Shown here: piece after piece, positions 1 through 9,725 of the stretch
Layout: each line of letters opens with the position of its first letter
Numbering within the stretch: position 1 is the stretch's first letter
IMG/VR virus record: IMGVR_UViG_3300044846_002555
Location: 1 to 64,000 of that record
Length of the DNA: 64,000 bases
Strand: one strand, 5' to 3'
Source of the DNA: a virus
The notes under the pieces: generated by a model
Told to the model about the DNA's origin: nothing
Databases searched by the model: none
Seen by the model: only the letters and a program-made list of their open reading frames with translations
Made by a program: the position numbers and the translations under genes

Positions 1-2
1 CT

Positions 3-1604
3 GCCATAGGTGGTGGTCGTAGTAATTTTATTAATTGTGGTTATAACGTAATTGGAGGTGGTTTTGCTAACGCTAATTGTGCTTCTCATTCGACTATTGG
101 TGGAGGTTCAACGAATACTATATTATTAGGTGGTGGTAAAAATACGACTACTCACGCAACAATCGGTGGTGGTTACAAAAATTGTATTTGTGGTGGTTCA
201 CGACACTCAATAATCGGTGGTGGATATAAAAATATAGTGTGTTCCTTTGCAGGAGTAGTTGCCGGAGGTACTAAGAATACCTCATGTAATTACTCATCTA
301 TTGGGGGTGGTAGTGAAAATACCGCGTCGGGTAATTTTTCAACAATAGGTGGTGGTTGTAAAAACACTGGTGATGGACAAAATTCATTTATTGGTGGTGG
401 TAGTCAGAATGCCACCTCCGGTAGCCTTACAACCGTTGCAGGTGGTCAATGTAATAGTGCTGTGCAAGCATGGTCAACAATAGGTGGTGGTGTTCAAAAT
501 CAATCAGTTGGTTATAAATCATTTATTGGTGGTGGTTGTCAAAATTACAACAATGGTACAGCTTCAACAATTGGAGGTGGTTACAAAAATTGTATTATAA
601 CAAATTACTCATCAATTGTTGGTGGTTTTTCTAATTGTATTGGAGGAACTTATGGTTCGAATAGAAGTTTTATTGGTGGTGGCCAAAGTAATTACATCAG
701 AGGAATAAATTATAACTCTAATTACGGAATTATAGTCGGTGGGTCATCCAATCGAATTTGTAGTGCACCACACTCAACAATTGTTGGTGGACAATCAAAT
801 ACAATTTGTTCCTCATATTGTGGTACCGCAACTGTGTTGTGTAATAATATAATTTTTGGTGGTGCTGGAAATGCTATATATACTACAGGGTCAAACTCAT
901 ATAACTGTCTAAAAAATAATATAGTAGTTGGGGGTTATAAAAATAAAATAGCTAATTCATGCTATAATTCTAACGTAAATTGTAATTTTATTGGTGGTGG
1001 TTCTACTAATACTATTGCCGACACCTCATGTTCGGTAATAGTTGGTGGTTTTTGTAATACTATGTCCGGTAAAAATACGGATAATTGCAACAGTATTTTA
1101 GGTGGAGCCTATAATACTATTAGTGGCCCTTATAGTAATACACACATTATTGGTTCTAATATAACTGGTAATCTAAGTGATTATACTTTTGTAAATAATC
1201 TTTGTTCAGCAGGTCAAGTAAATAAGTCGGGAGGTTCTTTTGTAATTAATCATCCTGACCCATCAAAAACTAAAACAACACAATTAATTCACTCATTTGT
1301 TGAAAGTCCAACTGCTGGTGATAACATTTACAGATTTAAAGTTACTATTATTGATGGAATTGGTGAAATAATTTTACCTGATTATTATAAATTTTTAAAT
1401 GAAGATACTCAAGTTTGGATATCACCTATAAATGGATTTGGAATTGGTTATGGTGAAATTAATGAAGAATTAACTAAAATACTTATAACCGCAAATTTAG
1501 ATATGGAATATAATGTATTAGTCATTGGTACAAGAAAAGATGCTCACGCTAAAAAATATTGGAAAGGTACTGAGAGATTAAAACCCGGATTAAAAAATAT
1601 TTAA
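3..1604 (+). CDS. Tail fibre/adhesin-like protein with 15-aa S-x-I-GGG-x-x-N repeats, 5' partial
   Basis: The frame is open from position 3 (AIGGGRSNF...), so the gene starts before the window. Repeats such as NYSSIGGGSENTASG/NFSTIGGGCKNTGDG. C-terminal SFVINHPDP...LIHSFVESP domain typical of fibre C-termini. Confidence 0.7.
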   Translation, partial: AIGGGRSNFINCGYNVIGGGFANANCASHSTIGGGSTNTILLGGGKNTTTHATIGGGYKNCICGGSRHSIIGGGYKNIVCSFAGVVAGGTKNTSCNYSSIGGGSENTASGNFSTIGGGCKNTGDGQNSFIGGGSQNATSGSLTTVAGGQCNSAVQAWSTIGGGVQNQSVGYKSFIGGGCQNYNNGTASTIGGGYKNCIITNYSSIVGGFSNCIGGTYGSNRSFIGGGQSNYIRGINYNSNYGIIVGGSSNRICSAPHSTIVGGQSNTICSSYCGTATVLCNNIIFGGAGNAIYTTGSNSYNCLKNNIVVGGYKNKIANSCYNSNVNCNFIGGGSTNTIADTSCSVIVGGFCNTMSGKNTDNCNSILGGAYNTISGPYSNTHIIGSNITGNLSDYTFVNNLCSAGQVNKSGGSFVINHPDPSKTKTTQLIHSFVESPTAGDNIYRFKVTIIDGIGEIILPDYYKFLNEDTQVWISPINGFGIGYGEINEELTKILITANLDMEYNVLVIGTRKDAHAKKYWKGTERLKPGLKNI

Positions 1605-1606
1605 AA

Positions 1607-1640
1607 ATAAAAACCCTCACTTAACGTGGGGGTTTTTTTT
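1607..1640. terminator. Bidirectional intrinsic terminator
   Basis: AAACCCTCAC-TTAAC-GTGGGGGTTT stem flanked by A and T runs, between convergent genes. Confidence 0.85.
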
Positions 1641-2514
1641 ATTGTTGGTCAATAGCGTCAACTATTTTCTGAATGTCAAATACTTCGTATAAGTCATTAT
1701 AAGGTATACTACTTATGTCTTGGAATAATAGATATTTAGAATAATGAGGATGATTCAAATCAGGTTTTTTTGTTGGTTCATTTGCAATAATATTATTATG
1801 GATATCAAAACCAAATACTTTAGGGTTAGTCCCAACCCAAGTAACGACAGATGGTAAGTTTAAAGCCGTGGCGATGTGCATTACACTACTATCAATTAAT
1901 AATCTTTTTGTTGACATACTTAATAACACCGCGATACTTCTGAAAGAATCTAATGCTTGAAATGTATTTTCATAGATTATTTGGTCTTCTCTTTTAACGT
2001 GTAATATAGCATAATCTTTAGCATAATGATTAATAATGTCTTGCATTATTGGTTGGGGAATATCTCTTGTCCAACTATATTTTAAAGGTTGATTAAACGC
2101 TCCCCCGTGTGGTTGAATAACCATAATTGGTTTGTCTAATTTATAGAACGATTCAAAATATTGTCTTTCGGCTTTAGTAATAAACAACTCCGGTTTTTCT
2201 CCATCATAATTTAAACCATACATTTCACACCATAACTGAATAAGATGTTTTTCTTCGGTGATATAACTTGATGTTGTGTATGGGTCTGTAACAAATACTT
2301 TAGATTCTTTACCCATAATATATTTTTCATATATTCCACTCATTGTTTCATGAGTTAATACTTTATTAACATTTGGATTACCGATGAAAACATCCGGATA
2401 ACTACTAACAACAATTATATTTGCTTTACTATATTGTTTTTTTATAGCTTTTAATACTGCGGTCGCCATGATATTCTTACCAAGTCCCCCATCTATTTGA
2501 AAAATTACATTCAT
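1639..2514 (-). CDS. GT9-like (heptosyltransferase-type, GT-B) glycosyltransferase
   Basis: N-terminal GGLGK, VFIGNPNV, C-terminal IDSSVMHIATALNLPSVV motif. Confidence 0.75.
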   Translation of the reverse strand: MNVIFQIDGGLGKNIMATAVLKAIKKQYSKANIIVVSSYPDVFIGNPNVNKVLTHETMSGIYEKYIMGKESKVFVTDPYTTSSYITEEKHLIQLWCEMYGLNYDGEKPELFITKAERQYFESFYKLDKPIMVIQPHGGAFNQPLKYSWTRDIPQPIMQDIINHYAKDYAILHVKREDQIIYENTFQALDSFRSIAVLLSMSTKRLLIDSSVMHIATALNLPSVVTWVGTNPKVFGFDIHNNIIANEPTKKPDLNHPHYSKYLLFQDISSIPYNDLYEVFDIQKIVDAIDQQ

Positions 2515-2515
2515 A

Positions 2516-2734
2516 TTATTCTTTATTTTCTTTTAATCCAAATTTTATCCATTTATACCACACTCTTTCGTGTAGAAAATATATTAATGGTTTTATACAT
2601 AATTCTGTCAATCCAATACTACCTGAAACTAAAAAATTACCTGTAAATAGGTAAGAGATTATACAGGTTTGTAATGTCCCTAACATTCTATAACTTATGG
2701 CTTTACCTACGTGTCTTTTAACTTCTACTTTCAT
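2516..2734 (-). CDS. DUF2061-like small membrane protein
   Basis: KAISYRMLGT...TG...IYFLHERVW pattern. Confidence 0.8.
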   Translation of the reverse strand: MKVEVKRHVGKAISYRMLGTLQTCIISYLFTGNFLVSGSIGLTELCIKPLIYFLHERVWYKWIKFGLKENKE

Positions 2735-2967
2735 TATCTAACAATTACTACATCACCTTTCCAAATCACCTCATTTGCGGTGCAGCTAAGGTGGTGTTTA
2801 TCCACATCTGTGTTTCTTGATGGGTCATAGACAATATCTCTTGTTGTATGGGGAGGTATTTCAAAAATTACATTTGATGCAACGTTTTCAACACCATCAA
2901 TTAATATTCTCCAAAACAAGTGATTATCATCACAAAGTGTATTATATCTTAATTTAACATCAATCAT
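2734..2967 (-). CDS. Hypothetical protein
   Basis: 77-aa ORF overlapping both neighbours within the operon. Confidence 0.7.
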   Translation of the reverse strand: MIDVKLRYNTLCDDNHLFWRILIDGVENVASNVIFEIPPHTTRDIVYDPSRNTDVDKHHLSCTANEVIWKGDVVIVR

Positions 2968-3359
2968 AACTTACCTTCTTTTTTCATTTGTTCTCTAATC
3001 TTTGTTGCAGATATATCGTGAATTTCTTGTGGTGGAATATGTTCAATAATATCATATCCAACGCCTCTACCAAACTCAATTGAACAAATATCAGGAATAA
3101 CCATAACTTTAACTCTTTCTTCTTCTGAATAAAAGTTTGAGATGTTCTCTCTAACTTGTTCTGCAGTAAACGGATTTTTCTCGTCCGGTTGTATATCTCT
3201 AATACAGATTAAAACATTCTTACCTTCATCCATTGCTCTTTTAAACAATTCTTGGTGACCCAAATGTAATGGTTGCCATCTACCAACAAACATTGCGAAT
3301 TGACCATCCTTTGATGGTAATGATGAACCTACATGTATTTTTTTACTCCAATTTTCCAT
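2964..3359 (-). CDS. HxGH nucleotidyltransferase (cytidylyltransferase-like fold)
   Basis: GRWQPLHLGH and ISATKIR motifs; ATG 3359 preferred over 3374 because it overlaps cysC less. Confidence 0.8.
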   Translation of the reverse strand: MENWSKKIHVGSSLPSKDGQFAMFVGRWQPLHLGHQELFKRAMDEGKNVLICIRDIQPDEKNPFTAEQVRENISNFYSEEERVKVMVIPDICSIEFGRGVGYDIIEHIPPQEIHDISATKIREQMKKEGKL

Positions 3360-3801
3360 TTGTTTTAAATTCATTAATTTTATTAATAATGTTACCTAAC
3401 GATTTTTGTTCGGCAACATTTGTTGTGTTTACATCCACAAAGTTTTCTGTTGGTGGTTCATAATTGGAAACATGATAATCTTCTCTACCTCTAATATCTT
3501 CGGTATGAACATAAAACTCTAAAACATTATGTTTGTTTTTAAATTCATCACGTTGGTCTTTATAAGGTGATACTAATGAAACTATCACATCAAATCCTTT
3601 TGAATCTAAAAATAATGAAATGTCTTGTGCTTTCTCAATATTTTTTCTTCTTCCTACTTCAGAGTAATCTTTATTTTGAAAGACATCTCTAATATCATCA
3701 CCATCAACAAGTATTGTATTACTTGGGTGTAGATAATCTTTAAGTTGTTTTGCTAATGTGGTCTTACCTGCTCCGGGTTGACCTGTAAACCAATATATCA
3801 T
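3343..3801 (-). CDS. cysC: Adenylyl-sulfate (APS) kinase
   Basis: WFTGQPGAGKTT P-loop, DGDDIR, GRRKNI, VSLVSPY, YEPP. Confidence 0.9.
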   Translation of the reverse strand: MIYWFTGQPGAGKTTLAKQLKDYLHPSNTILVDGDDIRDVFQNKDYSEVGRRKNIEKAQDISLFLDSKGFDVIVSLVSPYKDQRDEFKNKHNVLEFYVHTEDIRGREDYHVSNYEPPTENFVDVNTTNVAEQKSLGNIINKINEFKTNGKLE

Positions 3802-3813
3802 AATTAAAATTTT

Positions 3814-4632
3814 TTATACATATCCAAAATAATCATAAAACCATTTATAATGATTTTTAATGTTCATTGATATCTCATACCCCAACACTTCCATATAATC
3901 ATCCGGTTTTCTTTCAAATTTAGGTCTTAATTGATGGTCACCAAATATCCCATGTACTCTATCATCTTCATGAGTTAATTGAGATATATTCTCAAAGTCG
4001 TGTCCTTCATAATATGGAATTCCCAAATATTCATATATCCTTGTCATTTCGTCTACCGGATTATCCATTAAATCTTCATAACGAATAAATAACATTTTAT
4101 TATCAATGTTTTGTTGAATGATATCTTGTAATCTATCAATTGCAACACCAACAGGAATACCACTAGCCCAAATATCAACACGTTTATTTAAAGTTGTTCC
4201 AACTAATTGAGCCGGATTTTGAATACCATTTTCTCTATGAGGATTTTTACGGAAATTTTTTTCCATAGAAGAATAGATGGCTCTGATGTCTCTAACCATA
4301 CAAATTATTTTTGGTTCATCTTGTAACATTTCTATTAAACCATAGTTAATTCCCCACTCTCTACTTTTATCCATAACGATTGGTTTATCAGTTAATCGTT
4401 TAAAATAACCTTGCATTCCATCTTTACAAAAATCAACAAATGCTTTGGTCATTTCATCTTGGTCTTGTGCTTGAAATGCTTGTGAATGATTATAGTTATT
4501 TTTACAGGCAATTACAAAATCTACCAAACCTGATGTTGGTGTTGAATAAATTTCAGGGTTTTGTGCTAACAAATTCTGTATTAGTGTGCTTCCACTTCTT
4601 GGTAGAGATGAGTTAAAAAATATTTTCTTCAT
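3814..4632 (-). CDS. Sulfotransferase
   Basis: 5'-PSB motif SLPRSGSTL, 3'-PB-like MVRDIRAIYSS, IRYEDL. Confidence 0.9.
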   Translation of the reverse strand: MKKIFFNSSLPRSGSTLIQNLLAQNPEIYSTPTSGLVDFVIACKNNYNHSQAFQAQDQDEMTKAFVDFCKDGMQGYFKRLTDKPIVMDKSREWGINYGLIEMLQDEPKIICMVRDIRAIYSSMEKNFRKNPHRENGIQNPAQLVGTTLNKRVDIWASGIPVGVAIDRLQDIIQQNIDNKMLFIRYEDLMDNPVDEMTRIYEYLGIPYYEGHDFENISQLTHEDDRVHGIFGDHQLRPKFERKPDDYMEVLGYEISMNIKNHYKWFYDYFGYV

Positions 4633-4636
4633 TTTA

Positions 4637-5314
4637 TTAAATGTTATCTATGTATATTATTATTTCTGTGTAATGTTTTAAAAAATTATCAGACATTAAA
4701 TTCCATTTAATATTAACACCATCAATTGAGTAGACCTCAAAATTTACAAAATATTGTAGGTAAGTGTCTCTAAATTTTTTAAATTTTTCGTTTAAAATAG
4801 GTCCACCTAAATGCCATTCTCCAACAATTTTTTTAACATTGTTTTTAATAAATTCAAAATTTTCATCATTGAATATATCATATTCACCACCCTCACAATC
4901 GGTCTTTAAAAAATCTATGGTTTCTAAATTATATAATTCGCAAAGTTTTTTAAATGTAATCCCTTCCATTTGTTTTGTCCCACCATATATGTAATCACAA
5001 TCGGTATATGTATTCGTATTGGAAACACCTTTTAATATAGGTGTTACCGGATAACCAATCGTATTCTTAACTAATGTAGGAAATTCATGTTCACTTGGTT
5101 CAAGACAATATACATGTTTTGGTTTTTTAGATAAAATACTATACGTAAATGGGCCAACACTGGCACCAAAATCTAATACAATATCCCCTTCAGATACCTC
5201 AAAAAATTTTTCATATATTTTATCGATAAATGTTTCTCTGGTTATAAGTTCTTTATGAGAGAGACCTTCTTCGGTTTGCTCCATCCATCCCCAATCAAAA
5301 TCGTTTAATTTCAT
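4637..5314 (-). CDS. FkbM-family methyltransferase
   Basis: LDFGASVG, LEPS, LKTDCEGGE. Confidence 0.85.
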   Translation of the reverse strand: MKLNDFDWGWMEQTEEGLSHKELITRETFIDKIYEKFFEVSEGDIVLDFGASVGPFTYSILSKKPKHVYCLEPSEHEFPTLVKNTIGYPVTPILKGVSNTNTYTDCDYIYGGTKQMEGITFKKLCELYNLETIDFLKTDCEGGEYDIFNDENFEFIKNNVKKIVGEWHLGGPILNEKFKKFRDTYLQYFVNFEVYSIDGVNIKWNLMSDNFLKHYTEIIIYIDNI

Positions 5315-6483
5315 TTTATTAAATCTTGTATTTGGTCAATAACCATTTTAGAGGTTATTGATTTATGACATTCAAATTGTTTTTTAGTTCCTTTATTTAT
5401 TGGACACCAATTCCAATCTCCTTTATCAAATGTGTATTCGGGATTGTTCCAACATCCATTACATGAGTTTTTGTTGATAATTCTGGTACAATTAATAATA
5501 AACTCATGGTCCGGTAAAGTAAAGTTTGATATCATCACAACATTTTTATTTAACGCCCATGATAACCAAGATAGTCCACTTGACAGTCCAATAAAGAAAT
5601 CACTATGGTGAATAACATTCATTGTATTTCCTAATGAATCATCTTTAAGATTCTCAACACCTTTATAGGTGTCACCATTTTTTGAAACATTAATGACTTT
5701 ATATCCTTTATCTATTAGATATTTAACTAATTCGGACCAACCTGATGGGTTATTCCATAATTTACACCCAGCAGTTGAATTAGTAGCTATTGTAATATAT
5801 TTTTCTTTATAAGGTCGTTCAATAGGTTCAAAATCAATGTGTGTTTTAATTTCTTTATGTTCCAAACCTAATATATTAGTTATGGTTTTTTGTAATGGGA
5901 TTGTTGCCGGATTTACGGGTTCTAATGAATCATTATAAAACCACCCTACTTTAAACATTGCGTGAATATTATTAACAACTTGACCAGGTTTAACGAATTG
6001 TAAATTTGGATATGATTTTTCAAATAAATGATTTAAAAATGTTGAAACAACCACTTCACAATCATGTTTCTTTCTAAACTCATCACAATAAGGAATCCAA
6101 GAGATGGTGTCACCTAATGAAGAGGATTCAAACGTTATAAAAACTTTTTTACCTTTAAATGAAATTGTCTCTTCTTTAATAATAAAAGAACCTTTAGAAA
6201 TTCTATATTTAATACCATTAAAATATTGTCTATATGTTCGACAGAACATATTGTTACTTAATTTACTTTTATATAATAAAACGTCATTATTGTCAAATAT
6301 TTCAACATCAAACTCTTCATTAGTGTTAGATTTTAAATTTAAATAAAATCCATTAACATGAGACCACTCAACACTGACATTTATTTCATCACCAAAAGAT
6401 TCAATATATTGTTTTGTAAACTCGTTGTTTGTTGGTGAGGTAACATCAAACTCACTATCATTAATTTTAATTATGTTCATCAT
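5311..6483 (-). CDS. Aah/TibC-like (autotransporter O-heptosyltransferase-like) glycosyltransferase
   Basis: SSLGDTISWIPYCDEFRKKH, KLWNNPSGW, FIGLSSGLSWLSWA, Cys cluster CNGCWN...WCP...FECHKSIT. Confidence 0.75.
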   Translation of the reverse strand: MMNIIKINDSEFDVTSPTNNEFTKQYIESFGDEINVSVEWSHVNGFYLNLKSNTNEEFDVEIFDNNDVLLYKSKLSNNMFCRTYRQYFNGIKYRISKGSFIIKEETISFKGKKVFITFESSSLGDTISWIPYCDEFRKKHDCEVVVSTFLNHLFEKSYPNLQFVKPGQVVNNIHAMFKVGWFYNDSLEPVNPATIPLQKTITNILGLEHKEIKTHIDFEPIERPYKEKYITIATNSTAGCKLWNNPSGWSELVKYLIDKGYKVINVSKNGDTYKGVENLKDDSLGNTMNVIHHSDFFIGLSSGLSWLSWALNKNVVMISNFTLPDHEFIINCTRIINKNSCNGCWNNPEYTFDKGDWNWCPINKGTKKQFECHKSITSKMVIDQIQDLIK

Positions 6484-6487
6484 TATA

Positions 6488-7132
6488 TTATTTTGTAAAT
6501 ATAGTTATACTATCCGTACCATCCCAATTACTTAATGGATTAAATTTTATGGTTTTTTGTTCAACAATTTTCATATTATGTTTTTCAACCAAAGATTTAA
6601 ATAAATCAGGGTTCATATCTGCTCTACCGGCAATATTTTTAAATGAATAATCATTACCTAAATATAACCATGAATGGTGAATATATGATTTACCACCGGG
6701 TTTTAAAACTCGATATATTTCTTTTAGATAATCATCAATAACGTTTTTGTGTATGTGAACAAAAGAATCGTATGAAAATACTAAATCTTGACTATCATCA
6801 CTAATTTGTGTTAAATCATTCCCATTGTTAACAAAATATTCTGACACATGGTGTCCTAATTTTTCTCTTGTTTTATTTATACAATTTTCATTTAAATCAA
6901 TAACAATTAGTTTGGATGCCAAAATTGAAAGAAATTGAGTTATTCTACCATAACCGGGAGCAATCTCTAATATTTTTTTACCTCTAAATTCTTTAATATC
7001 ATCAAAGATATAATTATTCCAAAGATTTTCTGTGGTGCCAAAAGATTTTGACCATTCATGTCCATCATTCTCCCACATTTTTTCGTCATTCCACAATCTT
7101 TGTTCGTCTATGTTTTTAAATTTTTCTTCCAT
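6488..7132 (-). CDS. Class I SAM-dependent methyltransferase
   Basis: LEIAPGYGR, EIYRVLKPGG. Confidence 0.9.
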   Translation of the reverse strand: MEEKFKNIDEQRLWNDEKMWENDGHEWSKSFGTTENLWNNYIFDDIKEFRGKKILEIAPGYGRITQFLSILASKLIVIDLNENCINKTREKLGHHVSEYFVNNGNDLTQISDDSQDLVFSYDSFVHIHKNVIDDYLKEIYRVLKPGGKSYIHHSWLYLGNDYSFKNIAGRADMNPDLFKSLVEKHNMKIVEQKTIKFNPLSNWDGTDSITIFTK

Positions 7133-7174
7133 GTTGTAATTTTAGTTGATATTTTTAAATTGTGTAATTTTAAA

Positions 7175-8143
7175 TTAATTTATTTTAGGTTGTTCTAATT
7201 CTGTTAAGTTTAATACACGAAGTAGAGTGTTACAATCATTAAATAAATCTCCCGTTAAAAAATGTATATTTTTAGTGTTATCGTATTTATCCAAATAAGT
7301 TTCTAAATTAAACATTAATGTTGGTTTTTCATACTCTAAACTTTCTTTAATTGATATTGGATTAAGTTCTAATCTTGATGTAAATAAATGTACGTCGCAA
7401 GATTGGATAAATAAATCAACATCATTTCTTTCCCCCCAAATAATACAATTATTAGGTTTATCCTCTATTATTGGTTCCCAATAATCTTTAAAGTTGCTGG
7501 CTTGATTACCAATAAAATGAAACGTTATTTCGTATCTTTCTAACATTCTCGCGATTTCAAAGGCATACCCTTGATTTTTACCCCAAGTGAATAAACCAAT
7601 ATTGATTATGTGTTTATAATTTGGGTCTAATCCTAATTTAATAATGTTATCGATTTTATTTGGTTGTTTAATCTCTATAGGATATTCAATTAAATCCATT
7701 GGTACACCCAATTCTTCAAAAACTTTCAATGAGTAAGGCGATACAAAAATGAATTTATCAGGTAAAAACCTTTTCCAATCAGGCATAGAGTGGGAACTAT
7801 GTGTGGTTTCAAATATTTTATAAGTCCTATTTTTATCATATAACCGTTCCATAATTTCAGTTGACATAAATGTTTCTGAAAATTCTTCAATCATAATGTG
7901 TGGTGAATCATGGTTATCAATTAGTTCAAACAATTCCGTTTCTTTATCTTCATTCAATGTTATAAATTTATCCCCAATCATGTTTATAACATTATTTCTT
8001 TGAACAATATAATTCCACGCAACACATTCCCATTCTACAACTATTACGTTATAAACATCTTTAAGTAGTTCAACTTTTTTAGATACCACTTGAGGGCATC
8101 CACCTGTTGACATATGTGGTGTAATTATTAATAATGTTTTCAT
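7175..8143 (-). CDS. GT4-like glycosyltransferase
   Basis: TPHMSTGG, IGLFTWGKNQ, SRLELNPISIKES (EX7E). Confidence 0.8.
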   Translation of the reverse strand: MKTLLIITPHMSTGGCPQVVSKKVELLKDVYNVIVVEWECVAWNYIVQRNNVINMIGDKFITLNEDKETELFELIDNHDSPHIMIEEFSETFMSTEIMERLYDKNRTYKIFETTHSSHSMPDWKRFLPDKFIFVSPYSLKVFEELGVPMDLIEYPIEIKQPNKIDNIIKLGLDPNYKHIINIGLFTWGKNQGYAFEIARMLERYEITFHFIGNQASNFKDYWEPIIEDKPNNCIIWGERNDVDLFIQSCDVHLFTSRLELNPISIKESLEYEKPTLMFNLETYLDKYDNTKNIHFLTGDLFNDCNTLLRVLNLTELEQPKIN

Positions 8144-8144
8144 T

Positions 8145-9035
8145 TTATTCTAAAAAGGAGAATGAATTCCAAAAATCGTATTTGACTTTATAACCATTCA
8201 TTTTTAACCAATCAAAAAGTTTATCAATCCTTTCACTACTACCTGTTCTTTCTTCACAAAAATTTATAGTTTCAAAAACGATTAATTTTGGTTTGACGAC
8301 TTTACTAAAATCTAATGACATTATAATTTCGTCATCAATAGCTTCAGTGTCTAAATGTAACCAATCTAAAGTATCTTGTAAATTTTCTTGTATAATTAAA
8401 TCATTAATACTTATTGAATCCACATTAACAACAACAATTTCTTCATTATCAAATACGTGTTTTTTACAATGAGTTTCACTTAATGTGTTTGTATAACCAT
8501 CTCCGAATTCATAAAAGTTAACATTACCACCATTACCGGTTATAACATTGTTTCTAAATGAAACATTATTAAAATTTGAATAATTTTGTGTTAATTCATC
8601 AAATTGTTTTTTGGATGCCTCAACTAAAACTGCGTAAGTTGAGTTATTTTTTACGTGTTTAACCCATTCTCCGGATGTACCATCATGAGTGCCTATTGCA
8701 ATACCTTTTGTATTTGGATTTTTTTTAATCCACGTCTCAAAAAATTGTTCAGTGGCATTTCGATTAACCCAAACATCGTATTTAAATTCGGATATAATTT
8801 CATCATGTTTATTTTTAATTACCACAACAAAATTATCGTTATTAACTGTATCCCAAGATGCCCACATATTGGGATAAAGATTCGTTGACCAAATAATTTT
8901 ACCACCACCTGAAACTTCAAATATAAAAGGAAGTTCATTTTCATTATATAACCAAGAGACCTCTTCGTAAACTTTACCCAAAACTTTTCCATTTGGTGCT
9001 TCCTCACTTTTTTCAATATATTTAAGTTCAAACAT
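8145..9035 (-). CDS. FkbM-like methyltransferase with N-terminal accessory domain
   Basis: IGTHDG, VLVEAS, LHLDTEAIDDEII. Confidence 0.7.
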   Translation of the reverse strand: MFELKYIEKSEEAPNGKVLGKVYEEVSWLYNENELPFIFEVSGGGKIIWSTNLYPNMWASWDTVNNDNFVVVIKNKHDEIISEFKYDVWVNRNATEQFFETWIKKNPNTKGIAIGTHDGTSGEWVKHVKNNSTYAVLVEASKKQFDELTQNYSNFNNVSFRNNVITGNGGNVNFYEFGDGYTNTLSETHCKKHVFDNEEIVVVNVDSISINDLIIQENLQDTLDWLHLDTEAIDDEIIMSLDFSKVVKPKLIVFETINFCEERTGSSERIDKLFDWLKMNGYKVKYDFWNSFSFLE

Positions 9036-9037
9036 TA

Positions 9038-9724
9038 TTATAATACTTTTTTAATTCTATTTAATTTACTTGGTGTGTCACCACCCGCGTGATACACATA
9101 ATTTATTATACCGTCTTCCCAATATCTATGATAAGAAAATGGTAATACCCTAATATTACCTAATAATAAAGGATATTCAATATCAACAGTATTTTTATTT
9201 AAAATGTTTTCACCACCATTAATTTTAAAATTATCATAAATTAATTCATCTAATCTTGATTGTTCATGAAAAAATTCAAATTTAAATTGTTTTGGGGAGT
9301 CCCATAAAGTGTTTAAAATATTGTTTGACCATTCACTATTTTTCCATATCATAAATCCGGTTGTTGTGTGGGTCCACATATTACCACTAACTCTGTCTAC
9401 CTCAAGTTTAGGGATAACTAAATCAACATCATCAGTTATCATATCTTCAATTTTAATATTTTGATTAACAAATACTGCGTCAGCATCTATCCACACAACA
9501 TAATCAAATAATGGTAAATACTTTTTAAGTACGTCTATCTTTATCCAAGTTGGGTGCCAATCAGAATAATCATCGTTTTTAACTATTTCCTTAATATATG
9601 AGTATCCGTGTTTATTGGAATATTCATGATGATTTATTGAAGATAAATCTCCATAATCACATTTTCCATAGTTTTCCCATCTAATGTGGTCAGTGTACGA
9701 TGTTAAAATACATATTTTACTCAT
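9038..9724 (-). CDS. GT34-like (GMA12/MNN10-type) glycosyltransferase
   Basis: YSNKHGY, PTWIKIDVL, WIDADA (DxD), HEQS, YHAGG. Confidence 0.75.
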   Translation of the reverse strand: MSKICILTSYTDHIRWENYGKCDYGDLSSINHHEYSNKHGYSYIKEIVKNDDYSDWHPTWIKIDVLKKYLPLFDYVVWIDADAVFVNQNIKIEDMITDDVDLVIPKLEVDRVSGNMWTHTTTGFMIWKNSEWSNNILNTLWDSPKQFKFEFFHEQSRLDELIYDNFKINGGENILNKNTVDIEYPLLLGNIRVLPFSYHRYWEDGIINYVYHAGGDTPSKLNRIKKVL

Positions 9725-9725
9725 A

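Noticed and set aside
1-1200. GGTGGTGGT periodic repeats as a CRISPR array or DGR repeat
   Set aside because: They are degenerate in-frame Gly codons of a protein repeat; there are no identical repeats with spacers, no cas gene and no reverse transcriptase
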